A stretch of 64,000 nucleotides of DNA. Source: Poseidonia sp. (GTDB lineage: Archaea > Thermoplasmatota > Poseidoniia > Poseidoniales > Poseidoniaceae). Position 1 is the first letter of the stretch. Every line of letters starts with the position of its first letter. Below the pieces are notes generated by a model. That model was not told the DNA's origin. It ran no database searches and was given only the letters and a program-made list of their open reading frames with translations. A program made the position numbers and the translations under genes. The DNA is taken from NCBI GenBank assembly GCA_016778305.1, contig JADHPT010000001.1:64320-128319 (forward strand), read 5' to 3'. This document shows, piece after piece, positions 51,706 to 62,131 of the stretch.

Positions 51706-51742
51706 GCGAGCAATCCATAGACCCCCACCCCTACGGAGAATC

Positions 51743-52216
51743 ATGAACCATTGGCTCATGAAGTCAGAACCCGATGTCTATCCCTTTCGTCAACTCGTTG
51801 AAGACGGGCAAACACATTGGGACGGAGTCCGGAATTACCAGGCAAGGAATATGATGCGTGATGCAATGAAACAAGGAGATCTCGTTCTTTTCTATCACTC
51901 CAATACGAAGCCACCTCATGTGGCTGGAGTAGCTCGGGTTTTGAATGAGGGCTACCCCGATTTCACATCGTGGGATTCCAATGGCAAATACTTTGATGAA
52001 AAATCCACACCTGAAAACCCACGTTGGTTCATGGTAGACCTCGAACCTTTGATCGAACTTGAGCCAGTTTCGCTTCATGATATGAAAGAGAACCCTTCGC
52101 TTGAAGGAATGCCACTTTTACAGCGAGGACAACGACTATCTGTCCAAGCCGTCTCAGCAGAACATTTTGATGAAGTTCTCAATATGGCAGGTACAGGCCG
52201 AGCCTCGCTGAAGTAA
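51743..52216 (+). CDS. EVE (PUA-like, DUF55) domain protein
   Basis: MNHWLMKSEPDVYPF...HWDGVRNYQARNMMR..MKQGDLVLFYHS is the canonical EVE-domain N-terminus. The conserved start is the internal ATG at 51743, not 51647. Confidence 0.6.
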   Translation: MNHWLMKSEPDVYPFRQLVEDGQTHWDGVRNYQARNMMRDAMKQGDLVLFYHSNTKPPHVAGVARVLNEGYPDFTSWDSNGKYFDEKSTPENPRWFMVDLEPLIELEPVSLHDMKENPSLEGMPLLQRGQRLSVQAVSAEHFDEVLNMAGTGRASLK

Positions 52217-52227
52217 GGTTGTGAGCG

Positions 52228-53442
52228 ATGATGGTTGACATGATTCCCGTATCCTCGAGGGCATCGAGCATTGAATACGCCATTCGTGACGTCGTCGTGC
52301 CAGCAACTGAACTTGAGCGACAGGGTCATAATATCATCAAGCTCAATATTGGAGATCCAATTGCCTATCCTGGTCTTCCTACACCACCTCACATGGTGGA
52401 TGCCTATGTCCAGGCACTCAAAGAAGGGAGAAACGGATATTCTCCATCCTATGGATTGCCAGAACTTCGCAAGGCAATCGCTGAAGACGAACAACGGAAG
52501 GGTTGGCCAGCGACCGAGAATGATGTTTATGTGTGCCATGGTGTAACTGAAGCCTTGCAACTCATTTTCGCTGCTGTGCTTGAGGATGGGACACAAGTCC
52601 TTGCTCCGGGCCCCCACTATCCACCGTATATGGCCTATCCCCAAATGTATGGGGCAGAAACTGTCGAATACACACTCAAAAGCGACGAGGGGTGGCATCT
52701 TGATTTTGATGACATTGAAGGGAAAATGAACGACAGTGTTAGGTTGCTTGTACTCATCAATCCTAACAACCCATGTGGGACTGTTTGTGGTGCAGCAGAT
52801 ATTGATCGTCTATTGGATATCGCAAGAAAGTACCCCAATTGTATCATGGTAGCGGATGAAATTTATGACGGACTCGATTTCAGTGGACAACATGTATCTG
52901 TGGCAAGTAGGAGTCATGATCTTCCCGTCATTTCTCTCAACGGTGTCTCGAAAGTGTACTACGCTCCAGGTTGGCGCATTGGTTATATGGCTCTCCACGA
53001 CCCTACGGGGCGTATGTCACTGGTACGAGATGGATTGGAACGTCTTCTACGTTCACGTCTCTGTGCGTCAACCCCAGCGCAACTTGGTTATCTCGCAGGA
53101 CTCAACAGTGACCGCAGTTGGATGCAGGAATATTCAACCCGCGTCCTGAAGCAACGTGATTATTGCATCGATAGGATTGCAACGATTGAAGGTCTCGAGG
53201 TAGAACAACCTGGCGGTGCGTTTTACATGTTCGTCCGATTAACAGACGAACAGTGGATGAACGACGACAAGAGATTTGTCTTGGATTTGCTGCACGAAGA
53301 GCATGTTCTTCTGGTACATGGAAGTGGTTTTTCACCTGAATTAGGCAAGGGGCACGTACGATTGGTATATCTTGCTAACCTGGAAGTTCTCCGTGAGGTC
53401 TTTGACAGAATTGAGCGTTTCCTCATACGACACCGTGCGTAG
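52228..53442 (+). CDS. class I/II pyridoxal-phosphate aminotransferase (aspartate/alanine aminotransferase-like)
   Basis: LNIGDP..YP...G, LNGVSKVYYAPGWRIGYM (PLP-Lys region SKxxxxxGxRxGY) and LVLINPNNPCG. Confidence 0.8.
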   Translation: MMVDMIPVSSRASSIEYAIRDVVVPATELERQGHNIIKLNIGDPIAYPGLPTPPHMVDAYVQALKEGRNGYSPSYGLPELRKAIAEDEQRKGWPATENDVYVCHGVTEALQLIFAAVLEDGTQVLAPGPHYPPYMAYPQMYGAETVEYTLKSDEGWHLDFDDIEGKMNDSVRLLVLINPNNPCGTVCGAADIDRLLDIARKYPNCIMVADEIYDGLDFSGQHVSVASRSHDLPVISLNGVSKVYYAPGWRIGYMALHDPTGRMSLVRDGLERLLRSRLCASTPAQLGYLAGLNSDRSWMQEYSTRVLKQRDYCIDRIATIEGLEVEQPGGAFYMFVRLTDEQWMNDDKRFVLDLLHEEHVLLVHGSGFSPELGKGHVRLVYLANLEVLREVFDRIERFLIRHRA

Positions 53443-53450
53443 GAGGAGAT

Positions 53451-56400
53451 TTGATGAAGCGTGAACGACGGGGAAGCAACATGGGAACAGGAAGGCGCGT
53501 GAAGACACTCCTCCTTGGTGTTCTCATTTCTATCATCTTTATCCCACTCGCATCAGCTGCCACCGTGTCCACATCCGGTTCATTTTCGTTAGAATTGATG
53601 GCTCCTCTAATCTTGGCCCTCGTCATTGCGTATTTTGTTCGGAGATGGTTTATTCCTCAACAATTGAAAAATCTCCAAGTGGCGTTTGAGATTGATGATG
53701 ATTTGTATGAAGTTCACAGAATAACGAGGACCTTGCGAGACGCTCGGAAATTATTGAGGCAAGGTACCGTTGGTTACGGTGTATTGCTCTACATGATGGG
53801 GCTCACAGGTGTGTTGGTATTGATCATGGAACTCCTTTTCGATGCGGATACATTCTCTCAAATCAATCTCTACGTCATCGCTACATTCATTTTCATACCC
53901 GTTTTCATTTCGCCGTGGGAAACACTCAATGGACAATTGCTCGGCCGACGGTCCCGTGAAACCCGTTCATCGATTAGTGGGGACGTTATCCGGCGTATCA
54001 CGACCCTTGCTATTCTGGTCATCATTACCTTGATTGTAGTCGTATATGGTATCAGTCTGAAAGGCGAGGTGACACCAACATGGCTCGCCTTCGCCATGCT
54101 CACCTTCATGGCTCCTACCATTTTTGCATACGGTCGCATCATGGGTGCCTCTTGGAACATGTTGCTCATTAACAAATGGCGCACCACCCGCGGACGTCTC
54201 AATCCAATCGACCCTGAGAAAAATGGATTCATTGGACGTCTCTTTTCCTTCATTCTCGTTCTCTTCCTTATTACCATGCCAATCACGGCACTGAATGGAA
54301 TGTTGACGGTCTTGTATGTGATGCTTGAAAATCCCTCTAGTGGTGAAGAAATTCTCAATTACGGAGGCATCATTGGTTATTCTATCTTCATTCGGATTGA
54401 CGTTATTTCTGAAATTTTATTTCATTGGGAGTTCGTAAAATCCCTCCCCCAATTTCTCTCCCTTTATCTCACACTCAATATCGCAATCGTTGGCCTTGCA
54501 TTCATTTTTGAATTAACCCGAAACTTGATTCTCGGGGGGCAAACATTCGGTGGCCTCTTTGGGGTGACCCTTGATACGCCTCGTGAAATTCGAACTGAAA
54601 AAGCAGCGCAAGCACGACAATTGACCTTTGCATTTGCAGGTTTTTCAGGCTATACTGTCCTTCTTTTGATTCTCGTTTGTTACAAAGAATTCGGGGATCT
54701 TATGCCCCTCACCGGTTGGCTCGAAAGTAATGGCTTTTCAGAATATTATCGTCTGCTTACCGTATGGATGTTTATTGCGGTTGGTCAAGCTGTTTTCATG
54801 TTGACATGGTTGCTCTCAATGTCCCGTTTTTCATCATTAACACGTTTGAAATTTGACCTTAACCCGGATGAACGGAGGGAAGGCGCAGTCAAGTTACAAG
54901 GTGGTGACCGTCTTCAGAACCTTGTTGAAACTGCAGCACTGAATGAAGATATCGACCTCTTAATCAAAGTACAAACTCATGATTTTCCAGGAGATCAAGC
55001 CCTGATCCGACAAGAACAATCACGTGCCTCAATGTGGGAAAAAGCACTGCGAGGGTTGTGGCCCCAAGCCATTGAAGAAAGTCGAAAGCTTCTCGCCCAA
55101 GCAGGTGGAGATGACGACGAGGCTCGAATGATTATTGCTACTGGATACATGGCTCTTCGTCGTTTGGATGCAGCGCGTGAAGCCCTGCATGGACTCCAAC
55201 AACCCGAGGGCTATGATGAGCCGGAGATCCTCTCATTCGTTTGTGAATGGTTGGATCCTTGGCACGGTTCAGTGACTGAAGATGACCTATGGGATTGGGA
55301 AAATAATTCTGCCATTGATCATATTCAAATGCTTCAAGGAATTTTTGGCTACTGGAAACCTCAGCCCAACGATATGCTGGTCGGGAGTGACAGAATTTCC
55401 CTAATCGGTCAGTTGTCAATGGTCGCCCTTCTACGGGCTCAACGTCGCTATGAGGAAGCACTCGAATTAGCGATATCATTGGTGCGCAAGGATCCCACGG
55501 GTGTGCGACCCCGCATTGCAGTGACGCTCTGTCTGCTCGATACTGGGCAATGGCATGACGCTAAAAGCATCCTAGATGAGTTGATAAAAAGTGATAGCAA
55601 AGACCCTCGGGTGATGGCCGTTGCTGTTATCTTTGGCTACGGTAAAAAAGGACGGGAAAACCTCGAAGTGTCACTCATTCTGGACAGTGACAAGGAAGCC
55701 AAGAAATGGCTTGACGAAGCGCCGGTCAATGCTTATGCTGCTCTTAAGCAAAAAGGAGGCGTGGATGAAGCATTGAACGCAAACGTCATGATCGCTGCCC
55801 ATGAAGCAGCCAGGACAGCTATGCCTCCCCGATTTTCCCAAGGGCTCCTGTCAGTCATTTTCACCTATTTTGTTCTGATTCCCATGTGGATTGTCCTCAG
55901 TATATTGACGTACCAAGAAGTCGGTCAAACTGAAGGTTTGACCCTTCTAGGAGTTCTGCTTACATTGCATTTTAGTTATCGCCGTTTCAACAAACAACAG
56001 GAGATGTTGATCAAGCACCGAGACCAACGGGGTATGATGAAGTATGCAAAGAGGATGAAGCGATTTAAGGCCTTACCTACGACTGAAAATATACCCATTG
56101 GGAACCATCTCCTCCTCTCAGGAATTTTGGTCACGGTAAACGGTGTTGTACTGGATATTGGTATGCCGGCATGGATGTACGAGCGTCTGCCAAAGGAATC
56201 CGACAAGAAAGTAAAAGCGCGGCTTCGTCGGCGTGCTATTAGCATTCGAAAGGCACGTCCACCACGTGTACAACCCCTCGGGAAAGCATGGTGGTTGAAG
56301 CGACCAAAGGAGCATGATGAGGCTGGGCCTCATCTTGAACGCGTGATCGGTCCTGTTGCCTATCGTGGCCGCACGAATTACATCCGAAGGAAGGACGCTA

Positions 56401-56516
56401 AATCACTCAATGCGGCTGCCAAGGGCGAGGAGCATGTTGAACAGGAACGTTTTATTCCACGGAATACGATTCGCAGTGAACGCTCAAGAAATTCTTCTCG
56501 ACCCAGCGGACGTTGA
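53451..56516 (+). CDS. hypothetical large membrane protein (about 14 TM helices) with a central TPR-like soluble region and a basic C-terminal tail
   Basis: Signal or TM at the N-terminus, many hydrophobic helices across residues 1-450 and 790-880, TPR-like helical repeats across residues 500-750, and a C-terminus rich in R/K. AGGAGGAG lies upstream of ATG 53454. Confidence 0.5.
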   Translation: MMKRERRGSNMGTGRRVKTLLLGVLISIIFIPLASAATVSTSGSFSLELMAPLILALVIAYFVRRWFIPQQLKNLQVAFEIDDDLYEVHRITRTLRDARKLLRQGTVGYGVLLYMMGLTGVLVLIMELLFDADTFSQINLYVIATFIFIPVFISPWETLNGQLLGRRSRETRSSISGDVIRRITTLAILVIITLIVVVYGISLKGEVTPTWLAFAMLTFMAPTIFAYGRIMGASWNMLLINKWRTTRGRLNPIDPEKNGFIGRLFSFILVLFLITMPITALNGMLTVLYVMLENPSSGEEILNYGGIIGYSIFIRIDVISEILFHWEFVKSLPQFLSLYLTLNIAIVGLAFIFELTRNLILGGQTFGGLFGVTLDTPREIRTEKAAQARQLTFAFAGFSGYTVLLLILVCYKEFGDLMPLTGWLESNGFSEYYRLLTVWMFIAVGQAVFMLTWLLSMSRFSSLTRLKFDLNPDERREGAVKLQGGDRLQNLVETAALNEDIDLLIKVQTHDFPGDQALIRQEQSRASMWEKALRGLWPQAIEESRKLLAQAGGDDDEARMIIATGYMALRRLDAAREALHGLQQPEGYDEPEILSFVCEWLDPWHGSVTEDDLWDWENNSAIDHIQMLQGIFGYWKPQPNDMLVGSDRISLIGQLSMVALLRAQRRYEEALELAISLVRKDPTGVRPRIAVTLCLLDTGQWHDAKSILDELIKSDSKDPRVMAVAVIFGYGKKGRENLEVSLILDSDKEAKKWLDEAPVNAYAALKQKGGVDEALNANVMIAAHEAARTAMPPRFSQGLLSVIFTYFVLIPMWIVLSILTYQEVGQTEGLTLLGVLLTLHFSYRRFNKQQEMLIKHRDQRGMMKYAKRMKRFKALPTTENIPIGNHLLLSGILVTVNGVVLDIGMPAWMYERLPKESDKKVKARLRRRAISIRKARPPRVQPLGKAWWLKRPKEHDEAGPHLERVIGPVAYRGRTNYIRRKDAKSLNAAAKGEEHVEQERFIPRNTIRSERSRNSSRPSGR

Positions 56517-56565
56517 GAATTTTTCGTCAATCAGTTCAAAGACTGATTCGGATAGTAGGTGTACC

Positions 56566-57879
56566 ATGAGCGAGTCAGATCTAGGTAATTCATCGGAAAT
56601 AACGAATCGTCAACATGCAACCACCGTTCTTAATGCGGTCCAATCCAGCGGACAGCATTATAGAAACGGCCTTGGTATGATCGCTTCGGAAAACATCATT
56701 TCTCCCCTCGTACGCGACATTGTCGGCAGTGATTTACACGGCCGATACGCGGAGGGTTTGCCTGGCAAACGATACTATCAAGGCTGCGAAGATTTTGATA
56801 CCATTGAGGCACTTGGGATTAAACTCGCTCAACGTGTGTTTAATTGTTCATTTGCTAACATTCAATCGATATCAGGGACGGTGAGTAATATCGGGGCACT
56901 GAAAGCACTGGCTCGTCCCGGTGACCGAATCACGGCTGTTTCAACAGCTGATGGTGGCCATATCTCCCATGCTCGAATGGGAGCCGTCGGTCTTCGAGAT
57001 CTCAATCTTACAACATATCCGTGGAATGAAGACAGAATGGAACCAGACGTTGATGCGGCTTGTAAAGTCATTCGTGAAGTGGAGCCCAAGGTCGCCTTGT
57101 TCGGCCAGTCAGTGTTCCTTTTCCCAACCCCTCTTCAAGAAATGGCAGATGCGGCGCACGAAGTTGGAGCCACAGTCATGTATGACGGTGCTCACGTATT
57201 GGGCCTCATTGCTGGCGGGCAATTTCAAGATCCACTCAGAGAGGGTGCAGATCTCATGACGGGTTCGAGCCACAAGACATTCCCCGGACCACAAGGTGGG
57301 TTCCTTCTCTCTTCCTCAACAGATGAGGCAATGCATAAGCGCCTCAACAATGCGATGTTTCCCGGTGTATGTTCCTCCTATCACCTTCATCATGTCGCAG
57401 GAAAAGTCATGGCGCTTACTGAATTTGAAGAATTCGGCAGAGATTATGCTATTGATACCGTGGCCAATGCACAAAGTTTTGCTCAGTCCCTTGCCAGCGA
57501 AGGCTTTGATGTACTTGCTGAAAGTCGAGGGTACACCGCATCGCATCAGGTCCTCACTCGTCATGGTGAAACCGATTCTGGTGCCGGTGCAAAGGCAGCT
57601 CACCTCTTGGAGGAAGCGGGCATCATTACCAACATGAACATGCTTCCAGGGGACACCAAAGCGATGACGCCATCTGGATTGCGATTGGGAGTACAAGAAT
57701 TAACACGCGTGGGCTTCTCAACATCAGACATGGAGGATGTAGCATCCTTTTACGCTCGTGTGTTGCTCAAGGGCGAGGACCCGAAGTCGGTGAAGCGAGA
57801 CGTACATGCTCTCAAGTCCGAACGTCAGACCATCGGTTATTGTTTCAATGACGAAGGCCGCTCGGGCTATCCAGAATGA
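56566..57879 (+). CDS. glyA: serine hydroxymethyltransferase
   Basis: GSSHKTFPGPQGG (PLP-Lys signature) and LGMIASENIISPLVRD. The conserved start is the internal ATG at 56566; the ORF-track start at 56356 overlaps the upstream gene. Confidence 0.85.
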   Translation: MSESDLGNSSEITNRQHATTVLNAVQSSGQHYRNGLGMIASENIISPLVRDIVGSDLHGRYAEGLPGKRYYQGCEDFDTIEALGIKLAQRVFNCSFANIQSISGTVSNIGALKALARPGDRITAVSTADGGHISHARMGAVGLRDLNLTTYPWNEDRMEPDVDAACKVIREVEPKVALFGQSVFLFPTPLQEMADAAHEVGATVMYDGAHVLGLIAGGQFQDPLREGADLMTGSSHKTFPGPQGGFLLSSSTDEAMHKRLNNAMFPGVCSSYHLHHVAGKVMALTEFEEFGRDYAIDTVANAQSFAQSLASEGFDVLAESRGYTASHQVLTRHGETDSGAGAKAAHLLEEAGIITNMNMLPGDTKAMTPSGLRLGVQELTRVGFSTSDMEDVASFYARVLLKGEDPKSVKRDVHALKSERQTIGYCFNDEGRSGYPE

Positions 57880-57894
57880 TGGTGGCGTCATTAC

Positions 57895-58941
57895 ATGGCT
57901 CAGAAATTACCACTTCATGAAAATTATATCTTCGCTAGAAATGGATTTTTTTCTGACGATACGGGCGCACCAGTTGTTTTATTCGGAGTTCGTGAGTTTG
58001 ATCTCTTCTGGGGGTATCTTGACACTTTATTTGAGTCTCCAATGGGTCGTAAATTAATCTACGCTGCGACGGATGCTGAAGAATTGATTCTATCCACGTG
58101 CGCCGAGTTTCAAATTCCACGATTTTTTGGAGGCAAAAAGATCCGAGAACGTTTGCAGAATCGTTGGGTCGCGATGGGATGGGGCAGACTCTCGAATCAA
58201 AACGACCTGATTACAATGCCATGCCATGACGCTTGGTCTGTTGGATTGGCACTTGCACACAAAGAACATTTGACACAACAACGTTGGACAATGAATTGGA
58301 ATCAACGGTCTTCTGAACACATTGATCTTCATTTTGAAGCGAAAGTTGCAAGCCTAGCATCAGTGCAAACTCCGCGCCCGCTCAACTGGGGTACAGCCGA
58401 TTCCTCAGTGAGTGTTTCAGGAGTTCTCGATTTGGAATTGGATGCCCGTAGTTACGGCTTCTTTCACGGTCAACAACGTTCGTTTTTCATGCATGTTTCA
58501 GCTTTTCATCATCTGTATAATGCCCTCATTGGACGACCTTTACGAGATCAGCAAGCCTGGAAGAAGGAATGGTTTATTGATGGAGGGAGCACCAACGAAT
58601 CAGCGCTTTTTTCATCAGTCGCTCATGCAGCTAGGATGTCGTTTCGACAATCCGAAGTTTCGATTTTTCTTCAACAATCTTCAGACTGGACTGAATTGTT
58701 AAATCTACATCTTTCACATCGAGGGCTGGGTGATGTCGTCGTCAATTCAAGCATACTTGACGGCGATTTATCAACAGAATTTTCAATTCATTCTCGCCTC
58801 CCAGCAATCACGTGTGGTCTTCTCGCTGGTATGTTTGAGCGAGCCCACGGCCAACATCCCTTGATGAATGTTACAATACTCGCTACAAATGTTGTTATGA
58901 CCCTCACGTTTCCAACAGTCGATTACGAAGTGAAAACATAA
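57895..58941 (+). CDS. hypothetical protein, possibly a tandem V4R-like domain protein
   Basis: Two internally similar halves; weak resemblance to V4R small-molecule-binding domains; low confidence. Confidence 0.35.
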   Translation: MAQKLPLHENYIFARNGFFSDDTGAPVVLFGVREFDLFWGYLDTLFESPMGRKLIYAATDAEELILSTCAEFQIPRFFGGKKIRERLQNRWVAMGWGRLSNQNDLITMPCHDAWSVGLALAHKEHLTQQRWTMNWNQRSSEHIDLHFEAKVASLASVQTPRPLNWGTADSSVSVSGVLDLELDARSYGFFHGQQRSFFMHVSAFHHLYNALIGRPLRDQQAWKKEWFIDGGSTNESALFSSVAHAARMSFRQSEVSIFLQQSSDWTELLNLHLSHRGLGDVVVNSSILDGDLSTEFSIHSRLPAITCGLLAGMFERAHGQHPLMNVTILATNVVMTLTFPTVDYEVKT

Positions 58942-59043
58942 CACATCTCACCAGTTTATTCGCTTTTCCGGCGCATCTTTGGTCAAGGTTCATAACCGAA
59001 TCACTGCCTCCTTGAAGTTGCACGGATGTGCAGGGTATGACCT

Positions 59044-62000
59044 ATGAGCATCAAACACAATCAAATGGCAACTATCGCTATCATCTCAACCCTCATTTTT
59101 GGAACGCTCTTTGTTGGCATTTCAGGATTTTTCCAGACCAATGAAAGTATCGGAGGTTTCGAATCTGCGGTCGAAGAGGATTTGCGCGGCGAAGCAGACC
59201 TCATGGCTGAGGCAATCGATACCGACGGTGATGGTCTTTCAGACAAACTTGAGGAAACACAATACGGCACAGATGTCAACGATGCTGACACCGATAATGA
59301 TGGAATGAGTGACGGTTGGGAAGTACAACATGGCTTGAATCCACTCGACAACGGTGAATCCGACGATATCAATACGGACCCGACTCAGAGCGAAGAGACT
59401 GAAGACGCTACAATTGCCAACGAAACCGACTCTTGGCCCGATCCTAATCAAGGCCCCACTGGCGATCCTGACCGTGACGGTCTCACCAATCAAGCCGAAC
59501 AAGAATTAGGGACCGACCCGCAGCGAGCTGATACCGATAACGATGGACTCAATGATCGCTGGGAATCACTTTACACGATGGCCGTTCAAACACCTGGTGG
59601 CGAAGTAACACTGTTCAATCCACTTGACGGTAATTGGGATTGTCTCCTCTTGGACCAGGCAATGGTTGACGCTCTTGAGACTCGATTTAACGGTGAAAAT
59701 GGAATAGCGGACTGGGATGATTTGGCATCAAATGACCGACATTCCTGCGACATGGTCCTCGATACGGACGATGACGGTCTTGCTAATTTTGAGGAGGAAG
59801 CCTTTGGGACCAACCCAACAGCCCGAGACTCCGATATGGACCTCATTGATGATATCGTGGAGATTTCAAATGAATCAATCGGCCTCTTCACCGGAATGGG
59901 AGAGAACTGCAACGAAGCGCTGCTTGACCCCGAGCCCCGTATTGGACCATTCTTTGGCGTGGAACGAAGTTGGTTCATGATGGATATGGATGGCGATGGT
60001 CTTCTCAATGGCCCATCAGATTGGGATACGGACGGCGACGGCATGCCTGACGGATTTGAATACTGTTACTCAATTGAGGAACTCGCTCCGAATGCAGCAC
60101 AGGTCCTCAATCCATCCAATGCCTCAGACGGTTATGGCGACTGGGACGAAGACGGCATGAATAATCTCGAAGAATACCAAGTCGCTCAAATCTTTGGCGA
60201 AGGAAACTTCACTTCACCTTGGCTCAAAGACACAGACCAAGATGATATGCCTGACCAGTGGGAAGCAGCCAACGGCCTTCACCCTCGCTCCGCAGTAAAC
60301 CGTAATCAAGACCCAGACAGGGACGGCTGGGATGCAGACAACGACGGACAGGTCATGTTCAGTGCCCTTGAAAATTCAGCAGTCGTACACGCTATTGATG
60401 TTGTCCTCGATGAACAAGTTGAGGCGAATGAAACCGTGGCACGTGCCCGCATTACACTCGGTGGTGGTAATCAACAAATTGTCAATCTTCTCGCACCAGT
60501 GGACGGCTATGTCTATGGCATCCATGTGGCAGTTGGCGACACGGTCGATTCCCGTCTCTTTAGTTGGATTAGCATCGTGGAGGCTGAAGAACAGTTCACA
60601 AACGTCATGGAATACCAAGCTAACGATCGTGACCAAGACGGTGTTTTGGACGGACGAAGTACTGACCCATTGAACGCTGACACCGATGGGGACGGCCTCA
60701 TCGATGGAATTGAAGTGATGGGCTGGGAGATTTTGGTCGTCAACCGAGGTGTGCAACCTACATGGGTCACCTCTGACCCCGGATTGTTTGATACCGATTC
60801 GGACGGTTTGTCTGACTATGCTGAATTTTCAACAGTTTGCAACGGTGGAGGCTCAAACGCATCAAACCCTGACACCGATTCAGACGGATTGACTGACCTT
60901 GAGGAAGCAGGTAATAATTTCATGTGGGATGGAGAAGCATACTCAACAAGCCCGTGCATGTTTGATACAGATAACGACGGACTTGAAGATGGTGAAGAAG
61001 TGGTTGCCGGTGAGGATAACTTCCTAACACACGCCAATAATTCCGATACCGATGATGATGGATTGGTTGATGGACAAGAAGTACTCTTTGTTCCACGACC
61101 GTTCCAGAACCCGACCAATCCACTGTTGAATGATACCGATGCTGACGGTATGCTCGACGGTTGGGAAATGCAAGTCAAATCCACTGAGGACAATACAAAT
61201 TCTCACAGTCTCTGGGTTGCGACCTCGACCTGGCTTCGACCAGGCTGTGACACCAGCAGCCAAAGCAATTCATGCACCATGCAACCTGGTGGATATGAAT
61301 GGCAGAATTGGTTGGGTGGCTTCGCTCTCGAACCTAAGTTTGCAGTGAGTGAGATGAATTTAACTGGTTTCTTAATGCCAGGAAATAGCCTCTGTGATGG
61401 TTGTAACGGGCGATGGGCACTCGATCCATCGTTGGATTCACTCAAAGACGATACATTTGACATCGATAATGACACGCTTGCCAATGGCCTTGAGGGCCCG
61501 GACCGCTGGGACACAAACCCAGTCGACGATGATTCAGACGGTGACCTACTCCCTGATGGATGGGAAGTTTACTACTCACAGCTTGCATTTGAAACAGGTC
61601 TTGTTGACAACTCGACCATCGGCGCATACGGTGCACGTGGTGTTATGGACCCGTCAATGCCTGACAGTGACCTTGATGGTATTGATGATGGATATGAAGA
61701 TCCAGATAATGATGGCCTCAACAAAACTGGGCTCATCAAGCGTTATTGCCCGGGATTCAACGATACCACGAACTCAGAATGTAATATCGATCCGACAACT
61801 CCCGACGGTCAACGCTTCTATGACAACCTAGAGAACTACACCAACTATGAGGAAATGCAAAACGGTACAAATCCAATTACTAACGATACCGATGGTGATG
61901 ACTGGAATGATGGTCCTGAAGTTTACTATCAGGACCACGATGATGACGGCATGGCTACAGGCTGGGAATTCCACTTCCAATTTGATCCGTTTGACGGAGC

Positions 62001-62127
62001 AGACCGCATGGTTGATACTGATGGGGACGGACACGTGAACTATTGTGAATACAAATGGGATACTAACCCTCGAAATCCAGTCTCTTATCCAGGTCAGGGT
62101 GAATTGTGTGACCCCTTTAGTGATTGA
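59044..62127 (+). CDS. large (1027 aa) secreted or cell-surface protein with an N-terminal TM/signal anchor and many thrombospondin type-3-like calcium-binding repeats
   Basis: N-terminal MATIAIISTLIFGTLFVGISGF. More than 15 repeats of the form DTDxDGLxDxxE / DxDxDGMxDGWE (DTDNDGMSDGWE, DTDNDGLNDRWE, DTDSDGLTDLEE, DTDDDGLVDGQE...). Confidence 0.7.
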   Translation: MSIKHNQMATIAIISTLIFGTLFVGISGFFQTNESIGGFESAVEEDLRGEADLMAEAIDTDGDGLSDKLEETQYGTDVNDADTDNDGMSDGWEVQHGLNPLDNGESDDINTDPTQSEETEDATIANETDSWPDPNQGPTGDPDRDGLTNQAEQELGTDPQRADTDNDGLNDRWESLYTMAVQTPGGEVTLFNPLDGNWDCLLLDQAMVDALETRFNGENGIADWDDLASNDRHSCDMVLDTDDDGLANFEEEAFGTNPTARDSDMDLIDDIVEISNESIGLFTGMGENCNEALLDPEPRIGPFFGVERSWFMMDMDGDGLLNGPSDWDTDGDGMPDGFEYCYSIEELAPNAAQVLNPSNASDGYGDWDEDGMNNLEEYQVAQIFGEGNFTSPWLKDTDQDDMPDQWEAANGLHPRSAVNRNQDPDRDGWDADNDGQVMFSALENSAVVHAIDVVLDEQVEANETVARARITLGGGNQQIVNLLAPVDGYVYGIHVAVGDTVDSRLFSWISIVEAEEQFTNVMEYQANDRDQDGVLDGRSTDPLNADTDGDGLIDGIEVMGWEILVVNRGVQPTWVTSDPGLFDTDSDGLSDYAEFSTVCNGGGSNASNPDTDSDGLTDLEEAGNNFMWDGEAYSTSPCMFDTDNDGLEDGEEVVAGEDNFLTHANNSDTDDDGLVDGQEVLFVPRPFQNPTNPLLNDTDADGMLDGWEMQVKSTEDNTNSHSLWVATSTWLRPGCDTSSQSNSCTMQPGGYEWQNWLGGFALEPKFAVSEMNLTGFLMPGNSLCDGCNGRWALDPSLDSLKDDTFDIDNDTLANGLEGPDRWDTNPVDDDSDGDLLPDGWEVYYSQLAFETGLVDNSTIGAYGARGVMDPSMPDSDLDGIDDGYEDPDNDGLNKTGLIKRYCPGFNDTTNSECNIDPTTPDGQRFYDNLENYTNYEEMQNGTNPITNDTDGDDWNDGPEVYYQDHDDDGMATGWEFHFQFDPFDGADRMVDTDGDGHVNYCEYKWDTNPRNPVSYPGQGELCDPFSD

Positions 62128-62131
62128 TTAG

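Noticed and set aside
56356-56565. Upstream extension of glyA in the ORF track (start at 56356)
   Set aside because: It would overlap the preceding gene by 160 nt and adds 70 non-conserved residues. The conserved SHMT N-terminus begins at the internal ATG at 56566.
59044-62127. Nucleotide-level tandem repeats (gataccgat...gacgg) that might be mistaken for a CRISPR or VNTR array
   Set aside because: The repeats are in frame within a long ORF and encode DTDxDG calcium-binding motifs with variable spacers. This is protein-level repetition, not a CRISPR array.
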